A stretch of DNA of 10,217 nt, taken from the NCBI GenBank assembly GCA_043822705.1, contig JBDRBK010000043.1, positions 1 through 10,217 of the forward strand, in the 5' to 3' direction. The notes beneath the pieces were generated by a model. It saw only the letters and a list, made by a program, of their open reading frames with translations. It did no database searches and was not told the DNA's origin. Positions 5,484 through 10,217 of this stretch are shown one piece after another (position 1 is the stretch's first letter; each line of letters starts with the position of its first letter). Made by a program: the position numbers and the translations under genes. This stretch comes from Fidelibacterota bacterium. GTDB taxonomy: Bacteria > Fidelibacterota > Marinisomatia > Marinisomatales > TCS56.

Positions 5484-8400
5484 ATGAAGCGTGACAGGTT
5501 TTTTGTTGTTGTATTAATCGGCATTATAATTACCGGCTGCTCGATTACTGATTTTAAGGACGCCCGGTTGCCCTCCTGGTCGGTCAATCTGCAATTTCCG
5601 CTTACCGAGCAAACCGTCGACCTGGCGACCATGCTCGAAGATTCGCTGATTCAGGTAGTACCGCTGGGCGCTAATGGCGATTCGATTTTTGTCTACCAGG
5701 ATGTCATAGATATCGAACGCGTGGAAGTGGGCGACCAGCTTTCATTCGCCGATGTGCAGGAATCGTTCACTCAGACGGTCGATCAGAATAATGTCGAAGT
5801 ACCCGCCGAAGCTTTCGACCAAACTGTTGATTCGGTGGAAGTGGATGGTTCCAGCCAGAATTTCAACTCCGGCTTTGCGGAAGTGGGTATCGATCCGGTG
5901 TCCGAGCTGATCAATTCCGAAATCGGGATGATTGAGCTGAGTGATATCGACCCCACGCCGGCCGACCCGTTTCAGTTGAATAAAATTTATCCCGAAATCA
6001 ACGCGATCGCCGATGGAACCAACGACAGCATCCCCAAATTCACTCTCGATCCGATCGTTAATCCTTTTTCCTTCGATGATTTCAGCGCGGCCCAGTTCGA
6101 CGGTGGTCAACTGGCAGTTTCGATCAGGAATGACATGGTCATCACGCTGGGCAGCCCGGTCGTCGTTCAGTTTCAACAAGTCGTCGGGATTGACACCTCC
6201 GATATTGCCGGCGCCACGGTGACCTTTGCAACACCGATCGCTCCCGGTGCCGCCGTGACTGAGTATATGACACTGACCGGTATCACGCTACCGGGTGATA
6301 TTTTAATCCAAGTTACCGGAGAAGCAGCCGGTACCCAGGGTACTATCATAAATATCAACAATACCGTAAAAACCTCGTCGTTCGTGACCGAAATCGGCGG
6401 TACCGGCCTGGCAGTGACAACGGCGACCGCCAAAATCCCCGAACAGACCATTGTTCAGGACAGTACGATGGCGATGGCCGCCTCCGAGAACAAGGTCGAA
6501 GTAGCAAAAATTAAGACCGGCCATCTGGCCATCGATGTCCAGAACGACTTGAATCTGGATGCTGTAATCGATTTAACGATTCATTCCCTGCAGGACGACA
6601 GCGGGCAGGAATTCAGTCGCCAGATTAATCTGACGGCCAATTCCCTCACGAATGGATTGCCCTATCCGATTGACGGAATGAACCTGGTAATGGACCGCGA
6701 TCATCAGGAAATCGCTTATACCTACACCATCATTACAACGGACACCGATCCCGGTTTTGCCACCGTTTCCAGTACCGACGCCGTCAGCGTCAGTATCAAT
6801 ATGTACGGACCGAGCAGCGGCGATCAACTGGTGTTTACCGAGATTACCGGCGAAATCGAAGCACAGGAAGTAGTCGAAAATGGTGAAATCGATGTATCTT
6901 CCGAATCAAACGTATTAGCCTCGGCGATTTCATCCGGTACGATTAATATTACCGTCGACAACAGAATCAACCAGGCCGGTTACCAGGGCCTGCCGGCGCT
7001 GGAGTTGACGATTCCCGAAATTCAAACCACCGCCGGCGACCCGCTGGTGCTTGACCCGGCTGAAGTCCTGACTCCCGGTCTGAATCAAATTGCCGTCGAT
7101 CTCGTCGGCTATCAGCTGGTTTTTCCCGATACCATCCACCAGAAACTGTCATATTCCACTGTGGTGACAACGCCCATCGGCGAGTTGGGAAAATATAACC
7201 TGCAGGATTCGATCATCGTTACGATTGAAGTCGGCACGATCAAATTTTCCAGTGTGACCGGCTATTTTGCCCAGGATGATCTGATCCAGCAGGGGCAGAT
7301 TCAGCTTGACGAAGCCACCAAGATCGACGAGGCCCGGATCGAATCCGGCGTACTGGTGATCACGATCGTCAATGGTGTCGGGATCGATGCTAACATTGAT
7401 TTTCAGATCGATGAACTGCTGTTCGGCGGAGAGCCGTTGACGCACTCGATCGATCTGGTGCCCGGTGCGGCGCCGATCGTGGAAACGGTTCTGCTGAATA
7501 ACTATTTGATGGACCTGCAGTTACCGGAGAATTACACCGATGTTAATACCAATGGCGACTATGATTTGGGTGAGCCGTTCGTAGATGCCAATGCCAATGG
7601 CAGCTGGGATCGCAATCAACAGATTAATTACCGGTCTGTCATCTCTGTGCCCCGCGATCGTGAAATGACGCTGGACTTCGGCAATCAAATTGCCGTCTCG
7701 GTCGAGATCAGAAGCCTCAGCTTCCGCGAAATCAGTGGTTATATATCGCAGGAGGACATGATCCAGGATGGCCAGATCAGTCTGGATGATTCGACCAAGG
7801 TGGATCTGGCCGCGATCCGGAGCGGCGCCCTGATGTTGACAATTCACAATAATATCGGGGTGCTGGCCGACGTCGATTTCACCATCGCCGAGATTGTCGA
7901 TCAAACCGGAAATCCCTTTACCCGTTCTTTCCGACTGGATCCGGCCAGCCGCGGCCTCACCGACGAATACAACTTCAGCCTGGAAGGCTATTCGATCGAT
8001 CTGGATGTCAACGATCAGACGATTAATTATCAGTCGGTGATAGCATTGTCAGCGGAAACGCCGATGACGCTGATGGTTGACAACGATATCCAGGTCCAGG
8101 TCGCTATCCAGGAACTGGAATTTCAGGAAGTAACCGGTATTATCAATCCGGTCAAGGTCGAGATTGATACGATCGAGCAGGAAGTTACGGCATTGCCCGC
8201 TGAACTGGACGGTATCAATTTCGCCAACGTTGAAATGGTCATGGATTTCACTTCCAATATCGGCCTGCCGGTATTCCTCGACTTGACGATCACCGCCTCC
8301 AACGCCGACGGCGAAATCGTGGAATCGAGCGTCACCAACTGGAATATTTCCGACAGCAGTCAGGTGGTGATCCCCGACGCCGCGGACCTGATAAATATCA

Positions 8401-8954
8401 AGCCGGATAAAATCGTTGCCGCCGGCCGGGCTACGGTCGGCGCCGAAGGCGTCAGCGGTTCGGTGGCCGCCGATCAATATATCGAAGGTCAATTTACGAT
8501 CAAGGCGCCGCTCGAGTTGATCCTCACCGACGATGCAAATATCGATATGGAACCGGAAGAGGTCGATACCGAAGAGTTTCCGCAGGAACTGGAACGAGTC
8601 GTGATCTATGCCGAGTACGACAACCAGTTCGATTTCGGCACCCAGATTGAAGTCCTGGCCGCCCGCGACACGACTTATTTTTTGAGTGGCTCGGCTGTCG
8701 CCCCGGATACGCTGTTGATCCTGGATATAGTTTCGAATATCGCCGGAATCGATTCGGTCATCCTGGGTGACGACGAACTGGGACTGTTCGATGAATCCGG
8801 ACCATTGTACTTGAAAACGCTGGTCAATCTGCTGGGTTCGCGGGATGGACAGGGTAATCCGATTCCTTCGAAATTCCTGTCCACCGATTCACTTAATATT
8901 CTGATCTATGGCACGTTCCAGGTCCTTGTCGATCCGGAAAGTGAGAAGGAGTAG
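5484..8954 (+). CDS. Large acidic beta-rich repeat lipoprotein of unknown function (1156 aa)
   Basis: Lipoprotein signal MKRDR-FFVVVLIGII-ITG^C19, with no other Cys seen. Rich in D/E/I/V/T and poor in K/R, with internal repeats. GGAAG lies upstream of the ATG. Confidence 0.85.
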   Translation: MKRDRFFVVVLIGIIITGCSITDFKDARLPSWSVNLQFPLTEQTVDLATMLEDSLIQVVPLGANGDSIFVYQDVIDIERVEVGDQLSFADVQESFTQTVDQNNVEVPAEAFDQTVDSVEVDGSSQNFNSGFAEVGIDPVSELINSEIGMIELSDIDPTPADPFQLNKIYPEINAIADGTNDSIPKFTLDPIVNPFSFDDFSAAQFDGGQLAVSIRNDMVITLGSPVVVQFQQVVGIDTSDIAGATVTFATPIAPGAAVTEYMTLTGITLPGDILIQVTGEAAGTQGTIININNTVKTSSFVTEIGGTGLAVTTATAKIPEQTIVQDSTMAMAASENKVEVAKIKTGHLAIDVQNDLNLDAVIDLTIHSLQDDSGQEFSRQINLTANSLTNGLPYPIDGMNLVMDRDHQEIAYTYTIITTDTDPGFATVSSTDAVSVSINMYGPSSGDQLVFTEITGEIEAQEVVENGEIDVSSESNVLASAISSGTINITVDNRINQAGYQGLPALELTIPEIQTTAGDPLVLDPAEVLTPGLNQIAVDLVGYQLVFPDTIHQKLSYSTVVTTPIGELGKYNLQDSIIVTIEVGTIKFSSVTGYFAQDDLIQQGQIQLDEATKIDEARIESGVLVITIVNGVGIDANIDFQIDELLFGGEPLTHSIDLVPGAAPIVETVLLNNYLMDLQLPENYTDVNTNGDYDLGEPFVDANANGSWDRNQQINYRSVISVPRDREMTLDFGNQIAVSVEIRSLSFREISGYISQEDMIQDGQISLDDSTKVDLAAIRSGALMLTIHNNIGVLADVDFTIAEIVDQTGNPFTRSFRLDPASRGLTDEYNFSLEGYSIDLDVNDQTINYQSVIALSAETPMTLMVDNDIQVQVAIQELEFQEVTGIINPVKVEIDTIEQEVTALPAELDGINFANVEMVMDFTSNIGLPVFLDLTITASNADGEIVESSVTNWNISDSSQVVIPDAADLINIKPDKIVAAGRATVGAEGVSGSVAADQYIEGQFTIKAPLELILTDDANIDMEPEEVDTEEFPQELERVVIYAEYDNQFDFGTQIEVLAARDTTYFLSGSAVAPDTLLILDIVSNIAGIDSVILGDDELGLFDESGPLYLKTLVNLLGSRDGQGNPIPSKFLSTDSLNILIYGTFQVLVDPESEKE
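5718..5957 (+). repeat. Four to five degenerate 16-aa tandem units near the lipoprotein N-terminus (aa 79-158)
   Basis: RVEVGDQLSFADVQES / FTQTVDQNNVEVPAEA / FDQTVDSVEVDGSSQN / FNSGFAEVGIDPVSEL / INSEIGMIELSDIDPT. Units start every 48 nt, with hydrophobic residues mostly at unit positions 1, 5, 8 and 10. The first unit is the weakest. Confidence 0.6.
6054..8159 (+). repeat. Five tandem protein modules of about 133-159 aa in the lipoprotein
   Basis: Modules start at about 6054, 6453, 6873, 7284 and 7761. Shared pattern A-x-I-x-[ST]-G-x-[LI]-x-[IL]-x-[IV]-x-N ... Q-x-[IL]-x-Y ... F-x-x-[IV]-[TS]-G, e.g. IQQGQIQLDEATKIDEARIESG vs IQDGQISLDDSTKVDLAAIRSG. Module 1 is the most diverged. Confidence 0.8.
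7527..7610 (+). repeat. Tandem DxNxNGxxD Ca-binding-like motifs inserted in module 4
   Basis: ENYTDVNTNGDYD-LG-EPFVDANANGSWD (aa 682-709), absent at the equivalent position of the other modules. Confidence 0.7.
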
Positions 8955-8958
8955 TACG

Positions 8959-10217
8959 ATGCGCAGACAAATTATTCTCATCGGTCTGATCGGCCTTATC
9001 GGTCTAAATCTTGGAACGGCGCAGGTGGCCATCGGGCCGCGTTCGGTGGGCACTGCCGGAACCTTTGCCACCCAGTCCCGCGGTGACAACGCAATCGGTT
9101 GGAACCCGGCGAATCTGGGGCTGGCCGATAATCCGCGGTTCGGCCTGCGGTTCGGTGTGTTGCCGCTGGTTCCCTATCCCAGCGTTCAGCTCAACAATGA
9201 TGTCGTCACGATGAACTGGTTCGGTGAATGGTTCACCAAGGGCGATTATCTGGATGCCCGGGACATTTCCGACCTGTTGGATGCCTTCCCCTCCGATGGC
9301 GTGCATTTCAGTCCCCTGATCAGCATGAAGCTGGTCGGTATGAATTTCGGCCATTTCGCCGTATCCCTGACGCCCGAGTTGCATACCAGCATCACCCTGC
9401 CGAAAGGATTATTCGAGTTCGCCCTGAAGGGCAACGAATTCGATGATCCGATCCGGCTGGATGATCTTAACATTCAGGTTCAGGCGGCCCTGCCGATATC
9501 CTTCGCCTATGGCATGCAAGTGGATATTCCCGTCCTGACAGAACTGGTGAAAGCGACCTACGTCGGCGGCGCCATCAAACTGATCGCGGGCGCCGTCTAT
9601 GTCGGCACTGATCATTTCGACGGTCAGATTACCTCCTATAAGGACCGGATACACCTCCAGGGCGATCTGTCCGGCAAATATGCCGGCGGCGGTTTCGGAA
9701 CGGCTTTCGACCTGGGTGCGGCGGTCGATCTGACCGATAATATCCGGGTGAATGCCGCCCTTAACAACCTGTTTGGTTTCGTCAGTTGGATCGATACCTA
9801 CGCCGAGGAATTCACCATCAGTTTCGACGGCGAGATTCTGGCAGCCGATTTCGAGGATTTCGGTGATTTCACCGATGAACAGGTCGATTCCGCCTTTAAC
9901 GTCATCGACACCACGATCGCCATCGATGGCTTCAGTACCAGATACCCGGCTTACCTGTTGTTCGGTTTTGAGTATCGCGGTCTGCTGCCGGCCCTGGATG
10001 TTTATGTCAATTACCGTCAGGATTTGAGCGAGGAATATTACTTCGATCTGACGCCGCGGATTTCGGCTGCCGCCGAATATCGAATCATTCCCTGGTTGCC
10101 GTTGCGCGGCGGATTGGCCATCGGCGGTTTCGAGGAATTCCAGTGGGGGATCGGTTTCGGTTTGCATTTTGAACATTACCAGATGGACATCGGCTTTTCG
10201 CAGGATGGCGGCTTATT
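8959..10217 (+). CDS. FadL/PorV/TraF-superfamily outer-membrane beta-barrel, DUF5723-like (at least 419 aa, runs off the window); not in the ORF track
   Basis: Hand translation from ATG 8959 has no stop to the window end. AAGGAG SD at 8946-8951. Signal peptide MRRQIILIGLIGLIGLNLGTA, hatch motif GPRSVGTAG...AIGWNPANLG, then LFEFALKGN, GFGTAFDLGA, EYRIIPWLPLRGG and WGIGFGLHF strands. Confidence 0.88.
   Translation, partial: MRRQIILIGLIGLIGLNLGTAQVAIGPRSVGTAGTFATQSRGDNAIGWNPANLGLADNPRFGLRFGVLPLVPYPSVQLNNDVVTMNWFGEWFTKGDYLDARDISDLLDAFPSDGVHFSPLISMKLVGMNFGHFAVSLTPELHTSITLPKGLFEFALKGNEFDDPIRLDDLNIQVQAALPISFAYGMQVDIPVLTELVKATYVGGAIKLIAGAVYVGTDHFDGQITSYKDRIHLQGDLSGKYAGGGFGTAFDLGAAVDLTDNIRVNAALNNLFGFVSWIDTYAEEFTISFDGEILAADFEDFGDFTDEQVDSAFNVIDTTIAIDGFSTRYPAYLLFGFEYRGLLPALDVYVNYRQDLSEEYYFDLTPRISAAAEYRIIPWLPLRGGLAIGGFEEFQWGIGFGLHFEHYQMDIGFSQDGGL

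Noticed and set aside
6054..8159. Lipoprotein repeats as a DGR target, CRISPR array or recent duplication
   Set aside because: Similarity is evident mainly at protein level and is highly diverged; there are no near-identical DNA repeats and no reverse transcriptase or cas gene in the window.
8980..9006. Three 9-bp units encoding IGL-IGL-IGL as a phase-variation tract
   Set aside because: In frame, degenerate at synonymous positions and located in a signal-peptide hydrophobic core; slippage would not switch expression.
9409..10176. 255-aa minus-strand ORF and the other antisense ORFs in the track
   Set aside because: Antisense shadows of well-supported plus-strand genes, with no motifs of their own.

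Overview
Chromosomal segment of a diderm bacterium; the gene content suggests the FCB superphylum, possibly Marinimicrobia-like (inference only). No mobile element, RNA gene or CRISPR array was seen. Gene order: 3' part of a PcrA/UvrD helicase; fur, with a Fur-box-like palindrome upstream; a 45-aa Cys-rich membrane peptide missed by the ORF track (1335-1472, FeoB-associated Cys-rich type); a convergent GNAT acetyltransferase; a probable operon of YhaM-type HD nuclease, solitary ECF S component and outer-membrane beta-barrel; then a 1156-aa acidic repeat lipoprotein closely followed by a FadL/PorV/DUF5723-like barrel gene also missed by the ORF track (8959 to the window end). The most interesting parts are the lipoprotein/barrel pair (five ~135-160-aa modules matched by about five 16-aa N-terminal units, plus a Ca-binding-like insertion), the fur plus orphan Cys-peptide unit, and the ECF-S plus barrel pair. 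Family assignments come from motif recognition by eye; no database search was run.
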